A stretch of DNA of 64,000 nucleotides from Candidatus Eiseniibacteriota bacterium (GCA_043810925.1 JBDRNT010000171.1:8466-72465), one strand, 5' to 3'; positions 38,002-49,151 are shown, numbered from the stretch's first letter. Program-made: numbers and translations. Notes: generated by a model from the letters alone, not told the origin.

Positions 38002-38996
38002 CCGTGAGCAGCACGTTAGCATCAAGAGTGAAAACCACCTGCTATCTGTGCGGTTCCGCAACACCTGAGACCTCACTGAATACACGTGAGCTCGCCGTTA
38101 TCCGTTGCGGGAGTTGCGGCCTGCGATTCTCCCATCCGGCCCCGGCACCCGAAGCATTGCTTGAACTCAATTTGAAGAACCGGGCGTGTTACAGCCCTCC
38201 CACCGAGAAGAGACTGCACGCCGCTGTCAGGACCATGGTCATGGAGGCAAACGGGGACTATCCGGAGGCGGGCATAACGGGAACGGTGGTAGCGCGACTC
38301 GTTCCCCGGCGCTTCACGCCCGATGTGATCCGGTACATTCCCCACGGAAAAATCCTCGATGTGGGATTCGGGTCCGGGAAAATGCTCGACTGGCTGAAGG
38401 CTCACAGGTGGGAAACATGGGGAATAGACTTCTCCATCAACGCTGTAGAGGTGATGTCGCTTAAGGGACATCATGTCGTCACAGCGGACGTCGAAAGAGA
38501 TAATCTTGACTTACTGTCCAGGGGTTACTTCGATGTCATCAGGCTCAGTCACATACTCGAGCACCTGCGCGACCCCATAGGAGCACTCAAACGACTCAGA
38601 CCCCTGCTCAAACCGGACGGGCGCATAGTCGTATCGATACCAAACCTCGAGAGCACGGCTGCACGGATACTAGGGCGGGATTGCACGATGCTCAATATCC
38701 CGCGTCACCTCTACTTCTTCTCACCCGCGGTGCTCGAAACCGTCCTGATGAAATCAGGATTCACGGTAACTCACAAGAGGGGCAAGGACTCACCGGGCAT
38801 GGCCATGGGCAGTCTGGGCCGGATCCAGCGGGGGCAAAGCAGACTTGCTACATGGCGGGCATTCGCCCGATTGGCATACAACTGGTTGAAACCCCGGAGA
38901 CCGCTTGAGTCATTCGATCTCATAACGTTCGACGCGACTGTCGCTGAGGATCAAACGCTAAACATGACACCCATGCAGCCAACTGGAGAACACTGA
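37992..38996 (+). CDS. Class I SAM-dependent methyltransferase with N-terminal CxxC..CxxC
   Basis: CYLC..CGSC; LDVGFGSG; HILEHL.DP; PRHLYFFS. Confidence 0.82.
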   Translation: MPVTVSSTLASRVKTTCYLCGSATPETSLNTRELAVIRCGSCGLRFSHPAPAPEALLELNLKNRACYSPPTEKRLHAAVRTMVMEANGDYPEAGITGTVVARLVPRRFTPDVIRYIPHGKILDVGFGSGKMLDWLKAHRWETWGIDFSINAVEVMSLKGHHVVTADVERDNLDLLSRGYFDVIRLSHILEHLRDPIGALKRLRPLLKPDGRIVVSIPNLESTAARILGRDCTMLNIPRHLYFFSPAVLETVLMKSGFTVTHKRGKDSPGMAMGSLGRIQRGQSRLATWRAFARLAYNWLKPRRPLESFDLITFDATVAEDQTLNMTPMQPTGEH

Positions 38997-40429
38997 TGAA
39001 TTATCTGAATTTCGGCCAATCAGCACTTGTACTGATTTCAATTCTCTGCGTTCTGACCCTCGTGGTCCTCAAGAACTGGCGGTTCGGGATGTATACCTTC
39101 TTCGTATGGCTGCCCTTTGAAGACTTCGTCAGAAAATTCGCGGGAAATGACATGGTGATCTATTTCGTAAAGGACTTCATCATCGCGATAACCTACTTCA
39201 GTTTCGTCATGTGGTCTCGTCACTCAGGGCAGAAAGACAGGCTCAGAAATCCTATTGCGGTCCCGCTTGCCCTGTGGTTCATATGGTCGGTCATCCAGGT
39301 CTTCAATCCCAGCCTGCCGGGGCTTATCCTCGGTCCTATCGGTCTGCGGATGAGCTTCATCTATGTACCGTTACTCTACCTTGGCTACCATTTCTTTGCA
39401 ACGGAACGGACACTCCGGAAGTTCGCCCGGATCGTACTGCTGGTAGCGCTTGTAGTGGGCGCCGTCGGTCTGGGACAGCTTCTCAGGGGTCCGGAGTTTC
39501 TGAATCCCTCGGGTATGGAGGTCAGGGGACTGCTCCTGACCAGCACAAGGGGGACAGAGGAGTCGGGGTATTTCAGCTACATGAGTTCGGTCTTCACCAA
39601 TGCAGCCCGGTTCGGCCGTTTCTCACTGGTTACACTTGCAATCGTCGGAGGGATCTTCTTCTACGCACGATCCAGCCAGTACCGGAGGCTCTCCCGCTAT
39701 TCGCTGCTGGCGCTGATCGTCATCATGGCCAATCTCCTGGTCAACGGCTCGAGAGCTTTGTTTCTCGTCGTGGTTGCTTTCATTCTCGCGTTTGTCTGGA
39801 TGACATCGATGTCACGGCGGGGACCGATACGCGCATTCGTTCTGGGCCGGCGTATGGTGCTGATAGCCATCATAGGGCTGGTGAGTCTCCTGCTTGTCAA
39901 TGCAGTAAATCCCCGGGTGGTCTCGGCCATCACAGGGTTTTACGGCCAGACCCTGCGGCCTGATTCTCAGGAATTCGAGGTAACCGATCGCATAAAGAAA
40001 TATGCATTCACCAATCGAGGCAGCGTGTGGGGTGCGGTTACAAAATCCGGTGTCCTGGCTCACGGGACTGGCTCCGCCTCACAGGGACAGCAGTATCTCG
40101 GTATAGAGAAACCTCATGACTGGGTACCGGTTGAAGGAGGCTATGCAGCAATCGCCTGGGAGCACGGTATCATCGGCGTGGTGCTGGTACTCTGGTGGGC
40201 GGTATTTCTGCTCAGAGCGCAGTACCGGGTTGTCCGTAGACTTCGCGATACGCGTTTACATGGTCTTGGCGTGGGGATATTCCTCTGGTCCATGGCGTTC
40301 TTGTTTCCGCTCACTTTCATGGGGATGCAGGTGTTCCAGGACTTCATACCGAATGCGTACTTCTGGTTCTGGTCGGGAGTGATCTTCAAGCTGCCGGATC
40401 TGATCGAGAGCAATGCGAATCCTTCTTAA
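38996..40429 (+). CDS. Wzy polymerase / O-antigen ligase-like membrane protein
   Basis: About 11-12 TM segments, GSR motif, late periplasmic loop with HGTG..EGGY..EHGIIG; the only polymerase candidate besides the GT-C at 8785. Confidence 0.7.
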   Translation: MNYLNFGQSALVLISILCVLTLVVLKNWRFGMYTFFVWLPFEDFVRKFAGNDMVIYFVKDFIIAITYFSFVMWSRHSGQKDRLRNPIAVPLALWFIWSVIQVFNPSLPGLILGPIGLRMSFIYVPLLYLGYHFFATERTLRKFARIVLLVALVVGAVGLGQLLRGPEFLNPSGMEVRGLLLTSTRGTEESGYFSYMSSVFTNAARFGRFSLVTLAIVGGIFFYARSSQYRRLSRYSLLALIVIMANLLVNGSRALFLVVVAFILAFVWMTSMSRRGPIRAFVLGRRMVLIAIIGLVSLLLVNAVNPRVVSAITGFYGQTLRPDSQEFEVTDRIKKYAFTNRGSVWGAVTKSGVLAHGTGSASQGQQYLGIEKPHDWVPVEGGYAAIAWEHGIIGVVLVLWWAVFLLRAQYRVVRRLRDTRLHGLGVGIFLWSMAFLFPLTFMGMQVFQDFIPNAYFWFWSGVIFKLPDLIESNANPS

Positions 40430-41552
40430 CAGCACACGTGATGAGATGCACAGCCTGGGTGGGGATTTCACCCACTGCCGGGACTGGCTCCGTTTGAACG
40501 ATATGGATGACGTCGGTTTCAGGTTTGAGCCCGTCGAACGGGCCGGAGTGCGCGATCTCGGGGTGTTTCTGCGTAAGGGTATCGAGAAGGCCTGCAGAAC
40601 CTGGCAGCCTGCCACACTGCGCCGCCGGTTGCTGCTTCTGTCACGCTATCTGTACGTGCCGCATAAATCTGTGGAGGATGCGGACCTGATATTCTCGCAC
40701 CTCCTCTTCCCGCTCATACCGGGACAGAGCGACATCCCGATAGTCTGGAATTCCCAGGGCATCTCACCCACGGCCTACTACGAGCGCTATAACGGTGGGC
40801 AGTGGACCACGGAAGATGTTGCCTTCATCTACAGCGCCCTGAGCAAGACCGCGCGGGTTCTTACGATAGCGACGGAAGCCTGCGCTCTTAACCTGCTCAG
40901 GTGGTGCCCCGAGCTGGCGGGAAAAATCCATGTTGTTCCGGCACCGGTCTTTGTTGAGAACGGAGCCGGCCGTGCCAAGCCATCGGAACGTGATGGTGAG
41001 ATCAGACTCCTCTTCGTCGGTGTCGATGCCGTGCGGAAAGGACTTGTGGAGGTTATCGAGGCCCTTAAGACCGTCCGGACCAGACACCGCAACCTTCGGC
41101 TCGACATAGTCAGCGACCCTCCTGCCCGACTCCGGGATGAGATCGAACGGATCCCCGAAGCGCGGCTCCACATCTCATCCGAGGACATCAACGTGAGAGG
41201 AATGATGGCGGAGGCTGACATCTTCCTGATACCGACCCATGCCGATACCTATGCCCTCGCAGCAGTCGAGGCGCTGGCACACAGGTGCGCCGTGATCATC
41301 TCCGATCTTGAACCTCTACCCGAGGTCGTACCGGACGGCAGGGTGGGCTTCAACGTCCCCGTGGGTGATTCCGAGACGCTCACCCGGAAACTGGAGTCCC
41401 TGCTCGGCGATGATGATCTGCTCCGGCGGATGCAGGACAACGCCTACGATCTCTATCTCGAACGGCACCACCCCAACGCCGTGGCCGAAAGGCTGAGATC
41501 GGCATTTGAACACGCTACCCGGGGCCAAAACAGCGGCAGTCACCGGCAATGA
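40413..41552 (+). CDS. Glycosyltransferase family 4
   Basis: LFVG..RKG, PTHADTYALAAVEALA, GFNVP. Confidence 0.82.
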   Translation: MRILLNSTRDEMHSLGGDFTHCRDWLRLNDMDDVGFRFEPVERAGVRDLGVFLRKGIEKACRTWQPATLRRRLLLLSRYLYVPHKSVEDADLIFSHLLFPLIPGQSDIPIVWNSQGISPTAYYERYNGGQWTTEDVAFIYSALSKTARVLTIATEACALNLLRWCPELAGKIHVVPAPVFVENGAGRAKPSERDGEIRLLFVGVDAVRKGLVEVIEALKTVRTRHRNLRLDIVSDPPARLRDEIERIPEARLHISSEDINVRGMMAEADIFLIPTHADTYALAAVEALAHRCAVIISDLEPLPEVVPDGRVGFNVPVGDSETLTRKLESLLGDDDLLRRMQDNAYDLYLERHHPNAVAERLRSAFEHATRGQNSGSHRQ

Positions 41553-42688
41553 AAGTCCTTGTACTCGGAACCGACGCCTTCTCACGTGGAGGTATTCAAC
41601 GCTATACCCACATGATGGCGCGTGCAATGGGAGAGATAATGGGTAAACAGTCGGTGCGGTTGCTCACGGTCCTGGAACGCGACACCGGTCCCGATGCCCT
41701 CGGCTTTGACTATCTCGGGGGCGGTGGAAAGTCGCCCGGTCTTCGGGCCAAGCTCAAGTTCACATCGCTGGCACCCTACCATGTCGCAAAGAGCCGGCCC
41801 GATCTCATACTTTGCACGCATGTTAATGTGACCCCCATTGCCCTGCTGGCCAAGATGCTCTTCGGAACCAGGTACTACACATCGGCTCACGGCATAGAGG
41901 TCTGGGACGACCTGCCGTGGCTTAAGGGGATGGGGCTCCGGAGATCGGACCTGATACTTGCGGTCAGTAACTTCACCAGAGACCGCCTAATTGGAGATCA
42001 TGGGATCGATCCCTCAAAAATCAGAATACTCACAAACGCATTGGATTGCGACCTGATCAATCCCGCCACCCGCGGGGAGTCGGTCAATCAGTTGGATAAG
42101 AAGCCCGTGATCCTCACTGTCGGGAGAATCTCACGGCAAGAGCAGTACAAGGGCCAGGATGTGATCATCCTCTCCCTTCCCGCAGTGCTCAAGGAGATCC
42201 CCGAAGCATGCTACGTCATTGTCGGCGAAGGAGATGACAGAGAGCGCCTCGAAAGACTGGCCCGGCAGACCGGTGTCAGTGATTCCGTAGTCTTCACCGG
42301 TTGGGTTGACGAGGACGACCTGCCGGCGTACTACCGCGCATGCAATGTCTTCGCCATGCCGAGCCGGGTTGAGGAGCGTGATGGCAGGTGGACAGGCGAG
42401 GGTTTTGGGATCGCCTATATCGAAGCTGCGGCTTTCGGCAAACCCGTGGTCGCCGGCAGGCACGGAGGCTCAGGCGAGGCGGTGCTCGACGGGAAAACCG
42501 GTTTTCTGGTAGACCCGGGTGACACCGGCCAGGTCGCATCGGCTCTGATCAGACTGCTCAAAGACAAGAACCTCGCTGAGAGCATGGGCAGGCGGGGACA
42601 GGAATGGGTGACCGGCAATTTCACATCCGACGTTTTCAAGAGAACACTGAGGGACATTATCAACCTCGAACCCGTTAAGACATTATGA
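41549..42688 (+). CDS. Glycosyltransferase family 4
   Basis: GGIQRY, HGIEVW, TVGR..YKG, EGFGIAYIEAAAFGKPVV. Confidence 0.9.
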   Translation: MKVLVLGTDAFSRGGIQRYTHMMARAMGEIMGKQSVRLLTVLERDTGPDALGFDYLGGGGKSPGLRAKLKFTSLAPYHVAKSRPDLILCTHVNVTPIALLAKMLFGTRYYTSAHGIEVWDDLPWLKGMGLRRSDLILAVSNFTRDRLIGDHGIDPSKIRILTNALDCDLINPATRGESVNQLDKKPVILTVGRISRQEQYKGQDVIILSLPAVLKEIPEACYVIVGEGDDRERLERLARQTGVSDSVVFTGWVDEDDLPAYYRACNVFAMPSRVEERDGRWTGEGFGIAYIEAAAFGKPVVAGRHGGSGEAVLDGKTGFLVDPGDTGQVASALIRLLKDKNLAESMGRRGQEWVTGNFTSDVFKRTLRDIINLEPVKTL

Positions 42689-44055
42689 TGAAGATTCTCA
42701 ATACAAGTCGCTGTTTCTACCCGGCAACCCAGTACGGTGGACCGATCTGGAAGATGCGGGCGATCGCCGGCGGGCTCTCGGAGCTAGGGCACTCAATCAC
42801 GGTCTATACCTCCAATCTCACGAGCCCTGGAAAAAAGATGTCCGCCAGGACTACCACAGATCAAGTTGACGCCGCACGGGTCGTTTACTTCAACAGTCTC
42901 CTGAGTTACCACTGGGATGCAGTGACTCCGGAAATCATGGGTCTCTGCCACCGGGAACTCAGGACTTTTGATGTTATTCACGTCTACGGCTACAGGGATT
43001 TCCTGTCGACCGTCGTGTGCTGGTATGCCCGCAGATGGGATATTCCCTACGTCCTCGAACCGATGGGCATGTTCATCCCGATAGTCCGGAGCTTCGCAAA
43101 GAAGAGGATCTACGACAGGCTCTTGGGACGGAAACTCACCGGTGGCGCCGCCAGAGTGATCGCCACGTCACTGGCCGAGCAACAGGACCTGATAAGCGCA
43201 GGCATCGACCCTGAAAAGATAGTCGTGAGACGAAACGGCCTCGATCTTGCGGAGTTTAAAGACCGGCCCGTGCACGGCCGGTTTCGGGAACGTCTTGGAC
43301 TTGCCCCATCCGACCGGCTGGTGCTCTATCTCGGTCGGATCTCAAGAAAGAAAGGCATCGATCTTCTGATACAGGCGTTTTCAAACAGGGGCATTCCGAG
43401 GACCAGGCTGGCGGTGGTCGGACCTGACGACTGTGACGGTTATCTGAATGAACTCAAAACGCTGGTGGAAACACTGGGTCTCACCAACCACGTCACCTTC
43501 ATCCCCCCCATCTATGGCAGCGCGAAACTCACAGCTTTAAGTGACGCAGACGTGTTTGTGCTTCCTTCACAGAACGAGAATTTCGGGAATGCGGTAGCCG
43601 AGGCGGTGGCATGCCGGACTCCGGTGATCGTCACCGACCGATGCGGTATCGCTCCCTTTATCATAGGAAAGCAAGGGGCCGGGTCCAGGCTGTCACAGAA
43701 CGCGGAATACGGGGAGGGGTTTGGAACCCAGGCCGGACCCGGTCTGACTTGTAGCATCGGGGTTCCACCCCCGGCGAACCTCCATGCGTCAGGTGCGGAG
43801 CCCGGACTTGCCGGGCGCGGTGACCCGGCGGTGCAACTGAAGGATGTCGCTACCCACTGCACCGAAGGTCGTGTCGGCCTCGTCATCCCGTACGATGTCG
43901 GCGCGCTCGGCGATGCGATGGTAAGAGTGCTCCTGGATGACGATCTCGCGAACCGATTCAGGCAAAACGCACCGGGAGCAGCGGAAGAGCTCTCCTGGGA
44001 TGAACCAATCCGGCAAATGGAAGGACTCTACGAGGGAATAAGGAGGAAGTCATGA
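42685..44055 (+). CDS. Glycosyltransferase family 4 carrying a ~65-aa in-frame insertion
   Basis: YGGP, LGRISRKKG, ENFGNAVAEAVACRTPVI; extra segment between GIAPFII and EGRVGLVIP. Confidence 0.85.
   Translation: MMKILNTSRCFYPATQYGGPIWKMRAIAGGLSELGHSITVYTSNLTSPGKKMSARTTTDQVDAARVVYFNSLLSYHWDAVTPEIMGLCHRELRTFDVIHVYGYRDFLSTVVCWYARRWDIPYVLEPMGMFIPIVRSFAKKRIYDRLLGRKLTGGAARVIATSLAEQQDLISAGIDPEKIVVRRNGLDLAEFKDRPVHGRFRERLGLAPSDRLVLYLGRISRKKGIDLLIQAFSNRGIPRTRLAVVGPDDCDGYLNELKTLVETLGLTNHVTFIPPIYGSAKLTALSDADVFVLPSQNENFGNAVAEAVACRTPVIVTDRCGIAPFIIGKQGAGSRLSQNAEYGEGFGTQAGPGLTCSIGVPPPANLHASGAEPGLAGRGDPAVQLKDVATHCTEGRVGLVIPYDVGALGDAMVRVLLDDDLANRFRQNAPGAAEELSWDEPIRQMEGLYEGIRRKS
43750..43835. repeat. REP-like palindrome, family A copy 2 (intragenic)
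   Basis: tgtagcatcggggttccacccccggcg..gccgggcgcggtgacccggcggtgca matches both arms of 6683-6742. Confidence 0.7.
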
Positions 44056-45809
44056 ACATTCTGGGTATCAACGCCTACCATGGCGATGCTTCGGCGGCAC
44101 TCGTATGCGACGGCAAGCTCGTGGCGGCCGTCGAAGAGGAAAGATTCAACAGGGTCAAGCACGTCGCCGGCTTTCCTTACAATGCCGTCCGCTATTGTAT
44201 TGAGGCGGCGGGCATAAAGCCCGAAGAGATAGACCATGTGGCGATCTCGCGCAATCCGAGCGCTCACATTCACAAGAAACTCCTCTTCACTTTTTCCAGG
44301 CTGCCGAGTCTCAGCCTGCTCAGGAACAGGCTGGCCAACGTGGCCAGAGTCAGGGATGTGAAAGAGGAAGTGGCCAAGGCCCTCGATGTAGGTCCTGGGG
44401 ACCTCCGATGTCAGATGCACAACATCGAACACCATCGCGCCCACATGGCAAGCAGCTTCTTTGTGTCGGGTCTTGACCAGGCGGCCATCTTGTCGGTTGA
44501 CGGTTTCGGTGATTTCGTCAGCGCCATGTGGGGACTGGGGCATGGCAATAAGATCGACGTCGGCGGCTGGGTCGAATTTCCACACTCGCTCGGTCTTGCC
44601 TACACGGCTGTCACACAGTTCCTCGGTTTCCCGAAGTATGGCGACGAGTACAAAGTGATGGGTCTCGCCTCCTACGGGGAGCCCGTGTATGTCGACAAAT
44701 TGCGCCGGATGATCAACGTAAGCAATAACGGCATCGGATACAAGCTCGACCTGTCGTGTTTCATTCATCACCGTGAGGGCGTGATGATGACCTGGGAAGA
44801 GGGCCCGCCCATAATGGCGAACGCCTATTCCTCAGGTATGGCCGACCTGCTGGGGCCCCCGCGCGAACCGGGTACCGAGATCGAAAGAAGGCATGAAAAC
44901 ATCGCCGCCTCGCTTCAGGCTGTGTTGGAGGAGGCGGTTTTCAGCATGGCCAATAAGCTCCACCGTCTCTATGACGTCGACAAGCTTTGCATGACAGGCG
45001 GCGTAGCCCTCAATTGCGTGGCGAACGGCAAGATCCTAAGCCAGACACCCTTCCAGGATCTCTACGTCCAACCCGCAAGTCACGACGGCGGCACGTCTCT
45101 CGGTGCTGCATACTGGGTCTGGCACCAGCTCCTGGGCAAACCCCGTGACTTCAACATGAACCACGTCTACTGGGGACCCGGATTCGACGACCAGGAGATA
45201 CGCCGCGCCCTGGAGGCAAAGACGGCTAAGATCGAGAGCCAGGGCTGCACCCTGAAGAAGATCGAGGATCGCCAGGAACTTTGCCGCTGGACGGCTGCGG
45301 AGATCGACAAGGGCAAGGTCGTAGGGTGGTTCCAGGACAGAATGGAGTGGGGCCCGCGTGCACTTGGAAACAGGAGCATCGTAGTCGATCCGAGGAAGGC
45401 TGAGATGAAAGAGGTCTTGAACACCAGGATAAAACGCAGGGAACCTTTCCGTCCGTTCGCTCCCTCGGTACTCGAAGAGGCCGTGGGGCACTATTTCGAA
45501 GCCAACTGTAAGTCGCCGTTCATGCTGGTGGCGCAGAATGTGATGCGCAGCAAGCAGGACGTGATACCCGCAGTCACGCATGTCGACGGTACAGCGAGGC
45601 CGCAGGCCGTCAGCAGGGAGACCAACCCTGCATACTGGATGCTGATCAAGGAGTTCGAGAAACTGACCGGCGTACCTGTCGTCCTCAATACGTCATTCAA
45701 CGAGAATGAGCCCATAGTCTGCACACCCGAGGAGGCCCTTGAGTGCTTCCTCAGAACCAGGATGGATGTGCTGGTGATGGGCCCGTACACGCTGCACAGG
45801 GAGGTTTGA
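44052..45809 (+). CDS. Carbamoyltransferase (NodU/CmcH family)
   Basis: [48 protein letters not shown]. Confidence 0.93.
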   Translation: MNILGINAYHGDASAALVCDGKLVAAVEEERFNRVKHVAGFPYNAVRYCIEAAGIKPEEIDHVAISRNPSAHIHKKLLFTFSRLPSLSLLRNRLANVARVRDVKEEVAKALDVGPGDLRCQMHNIEHHRAHMASSFFVSGLDQAAILSVDGFGDFVSAMWGLGHGNKIDVGGWVEFPHSLGLAYTAVTQFLGFPKYGDEYKVMGLASYGEPVYVDKLRRMINVSNNGIGYKLDLSCFIHHREGVMMTWEEGPPIMANAYSSGMADLLGPPREPGTEIERRHENIAASLQAVLEEAVFSMANKLHRLYDVDKLCMTGGVALNCVANGKILSQTPFQDLYVQPASHDGGTSLGAAYWVWHQLLGKPRDFNMNHVYWGPGFDDQEIRRALEAKTAKIESQGCTLKKIEDRQELCRWTAAEIDKGKVVGWFQDRMEWGPRALGNRSIVVDPRKAEMKEVLNTRIKRREPFRPFAPSVLEEAVGHYFEANCKSPFMLVAQNVMRSKQDVIPAVTHVDGTARPQAVSRETNPAYWMLIKEFEKLTGVPVVLNTSFNENEPIVCTPEEALECFLRTRMDVLVMGPYTLHREV

Positions 45810-45811
45810 GT

Positions 45812-46924
45812 ATGCCGAAGAAAGCGCTTATCACGGGCATAACCGGCCAGGACGGGTCCTATCTGGCGGAGTTCCTCGTCGCCAAGGGCTACGAGGTGCA
45901 CGGCATAATCCGGAGGGCAAGCACCTTTAACACGGCCCGCATAGACCACATCTATGATGATCCTCACAGTCCGGACGCGCGGGTCTTCCTGCACTTTGGC
46001 GATCTCGCCGACTCCGAGCAGATCTCGAACATCATCTACAACATAAGACCGCAAGAGGTCTATCACCTGGGTGCACAAAGCCACGTGCGCGTCAGCTTCG
46101 ATGTTCCCGAGTACAGCGGCAACATCACGGGTCTCGGGACCACGCGGCTGCTTGAGGCCATAAGAAGAAGCGGCAACAATGTGAAGTTCTACCAGGCGTC
46201 GAGCAGTGAGATGTTCGGAGCCGCGCCGGCGCCTCAGAACGAACGCACACCCTTCATGCCCCGAAGTCCGTACGCATGCAGCAAGGTCTATGCATACTGG
46301 ATGGTCGTCAACTACCGCCAGGGCTACGACATGTTCGCCTGCAACGGCATCCTCTTCAACCACGAGAGCCCCCGACGCGGGGAAACATTCGTCACACGCA
46401 AGATCACCCGCGCAGTCGCCGACATCGTCGCCAAACGAAAGGACAAGCTCTACCTCGGCAATCTCGAAGCGAGAAGAGACTGGGGCTACGCGCCGGAATA
46501 TGTTGAAGCGATGTATGAGGTGCTTCAGCTCGAAAGACCTGCCGATTTCGTGATCGGCACGGGCGAGTCACACTCGGTCAGGGCGTTCGCTGAGGCTGCC
46601 TTCTCGTATGTCGGTCTTGACTGGCGTGAACACGTCAGGGTCGATCAGCGTTACTTCCGCCCGACAGAGGTCGAGAGCCTGATCGCAGATCCGACGAAAT
46701 CCGACCGGATCCTCCGACGCAGACCGAAACTGAGGTTCCATGAACTGGCGAAGGTGATGGTCGATGCCGACATGAGACGAATCGGGCTGACAGCACCCGG
46801 AGAGGGCGATGAGATTCTCGAGGACAAGTTCCCGAACAGATGGTGGAGGGAAGGACAATGGATTTCTGGAAAAACAGAAGGGTCCTGGTCACAGGCGGAG
46901 CAGGGTTCCTTGGTACGCATCTAG
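45812..46924 (+). CDS. gmd: GDP-mannose 4,6-dehydratase
   Basis: [51 protein letters not shown]. Confidence 0.95.
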   Translation: MPKKALITGITGQDGSYLAEFLVAKGYEVHGIIRRASTFNTARIDHIYDDPHSPDARVFLHFGDLADSEQISNIIYNIRPQEVYHLGAQSHVRVSFDVPEYSGNITGLGTTRLLEAIRRSGNNVKFYQASSSEMFGAAPAPQNERTPFMPRSPYACSKVYAYWMVVNYRQGYDMFACNGILFNHESPRRGETFVTRKITRAVADIVAKRKDKLYLGNLEARRDWGYAPEYVEAMYEVLQLERPADFVIGTGESHSVRAFAEAAFSYVGLDWREHVRVDQRYFRPTEVESLIADPTKSDRILRRRPKLRFHELAKVMVDADMRRIGLTAPGEGDEILEDKFPNRWWREGQWISGKTEGSWSQAEQGSLVRI

Positions 46925-47810
46925 TAAAGCAGCTTCAGGCACGCGGAGGGCGGGAGATATTCATCCCCGACATCCCCGAATATGATCTGACGCAGTTGGA
47001 GGCTGTGGAACGGGTTTACCGGGATTCGAAACCCGATGTGGTGATTCACCTTGCCGCACAGGTTGGCGGCATCGGAGCCAACCGGGCCAACCCCGGCAGG
47101 TTTTCTATGACAATCTTATGATGGGCGTACAGATGATGGAAGTGGGACGGCACGCAGGCGTAGAGAAGTTCGTTGCCATCGGGACGATCTGCGCCTACCC
47201 GAAGCACACACCTGTCCCGTTTAAGGAGGAGAGCCTCTGGGACGGTTATCCCGAGGAGACGAACGCTCCTTACGGCCTCGCCAAGAAGATGTTGCTTGTA
47301 CAGGCACAGGCATACCGGCAGCAATACGGTCTTAATGCGATCTACCTGCTCCCTGTCAATCTCTATGGTCCCGGTGACAACTTCGATCTCGAGTCCTCCC
47401 ATGTGATCCCGGCGATCATAAGGAAATGCGTGGAAGCCCGGGATAAGGGACATGGCCGGATAGCCGCCTGGGGCAGTGGTGAGGTCTCCCGTGAATTCCT
47501 TTATGTCAAGGACGCGGCCGAGGGCATTCTGCTTGCAGCGGAGCAATACAACAAGCCCGGCCCGGTCAACCTGGGCTCGGGCAAAGAGATAAAGATCAAA
47601 GACCTGGTACATCTGATTGGAGAGATTGTCGGATTCCAGGGTGAGATCGAGTGGGACCCCGCTCAGCCCGACGGACAGCCCAGACGTTGTCTGGATACGT
47701 CACTGGCCAAACGGGAATTCGGGTTCGAAGCCGCGACCGACTTTCGGGAAGGGCTTGCGGAGACAGTACGATGGTACGAGGAGAGCATACGATGCGTATC
47801 CTGTTCATAA
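46858..47810 (+). pseudogene. fcl: GDP-L-fucose synthase, split by a 1-nt frameshift at 47101-47104 (real lesion or sequencing error)
   Basis: N-part [27 protein letters not shown]-part [32 protein letters not shown]. Adding one T gives a continuous [12 protein letters not shown]. Confidence 0.85.
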
Positions 47811-49024
47811 ACCAGTACTTCCACCCGGACCTGGCTTCCACCGGTCAACTGTTGACCGAACTCTGCACCAGTCTGGCAAAGCGCTTCGATGTCACCGTAG
47901 TCGCGGGGTTTCCTTCCTACACGGCCGGCGCCAACCGCACACATCTAAAGAGTCCTGTAAGGATGGAGAGCCATGACGGGGTCAAGGTGATCCGGACCTA
48001 CAACACCAGTCTGCCGCGCGGGTCCTCCATCGGGAGAATCGCCAATTACCTGAGCTTTTTCCTCTCATCTTTCTTCGGAGCCGTTTTCCTGGCCGGCAAA
48101 CCCGACGTCGTGGTGACCATGACCGATCCACCCGTGATCGCTCTGACCGGCTACATCGTCAGCCGGATCAGGAAGGCGCGCTTTGTCTTCATCAGCCAAG
48201 ATGTCTTCCCCGAGGTCAGTAAAGCGCTGGGCAAGATGGATTATAAACCTCTTGTGTGGCTCCTTGACCGGCTGAACAGGTTCTTGCTGAGGAAGTCGGA
48301 TCAGATCGTAGCCATCGGGGAGACCATGCGAAAGAGACTGATCGAGAAAGGTGCCGACCCGGACAAGGTGGCGATAATCGAGAACTGGGTGGACACAGAT
48401 CTCATCGCCCCGCAGGACCGAAGCAACCCGTTTTCCCATGAGCATAAACTTACGGGCAAGTTCGTCGTCATGCACTCCGGGAACATCGGGCTTTCGCAGG
48501 ATCTTGAAACCCTGATCGAGGCCGCAAGTCTTCTCAAAGACAACGATGAGGTGGTCTTCGCGATAATCGGGGACGGGGTCAGCAAGGATAAACTCAGCAA
48601 ACTCGTGGACAAACTCTCACTTGCGAACGTGAAGTTTATCCCGTACCAGAACAAGGAAGACCTCAAGCACTCGTTGTCATCGGCGGACGTATCCGTTGTC
48701 TCTCTTAAGAAGGGGCTCGCGGGTTACATAGTGCCGAGCAAACTGCATGGCATCCTCGCGAGCGGCAGAACGGTACTGGCGGCGGTCGAGGACGAGTGCG
48801 AAGTCGCGAAAATCGTCAAGGATGAGAACTGCGGCAAGGTGATACAACCCGGCAATCCGCAGGAGATGGTCGACGCCATTATGCACTTCCTTAAGAACCC
48901 TGACCTGCTCGAAGAACACGGTAGGAACGCCAGGGATGCCGGCGAGAAAAAGTACTCCAGGAAACAAGCCATGGACAAGTATGAAGATCTGCTCGTAACA
49001 GTAACCAACGGAAACAAGGATTGA
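47792..49024 (+). CDS. Glycosyltransferase family 4 (WbuB/WcaI-like)
   Basis: [30 protein letters not shown]. Confidence 0.88.
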   Translation: MRILFINQYFHPDLASTGQLLTELCTSLAKRFDVTVVAGFPSYTAGANRTHLKSPVRMESHDGVKVIRTYNTSLPRGSSIGRIANYLSFFLSSFFGAVFLAGKPDVVVTMTDPPVIALTGYIVSRIRKARFVFISQDVFPEVSKALGKMDYKPLVWLLDRLNRFLLRKSDQIVAIGETMRKRLIEKGADPDKVAIIENWVDTDLIAPQDRSNPFSHEHKLTGKFVVMHSGNIGLSQDLETLIEAASLLKDNDEVVFAIIGDGVSKDKLSKLVDKLSLANVKFIPYQNKEDLKHSLSSADVSVVSLKKGLAGYIVPSKLHGILASGRTVLAAVEDECEVAKIVKDENCGKVIQPGNPQEMVDAIMHFLKNPDLLEEHGRNARDAGEKKYSRKQAMDKYEDLLVTVTNGNKD

Positions 49025-49048
49025 GTCACGCGCTGTTTCAACACGGAC

Positions 49049-49122
49049 CGTCGGGGGTGGAACCCCGGCGCTGCACCATCCGTCAGTTGTTTCCGTGCAG
49101 CGTCGAGCCTGCGTGCCCGGCG
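49049..49122. repeat. REP-like repeat, family A copy 3 (arms in reversed arrangement)
   Basis: cgtcgggggtggaaccccggcgctgca and tgcagcgtcgagcctgcgtgcccggcg are reverse complements of the left and right arms of copies 1 and 2. Confidence 0.68.
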
Positions 49123-49151
49123 TGTCAATCCAATACCAGGAGGGTAAGGTT

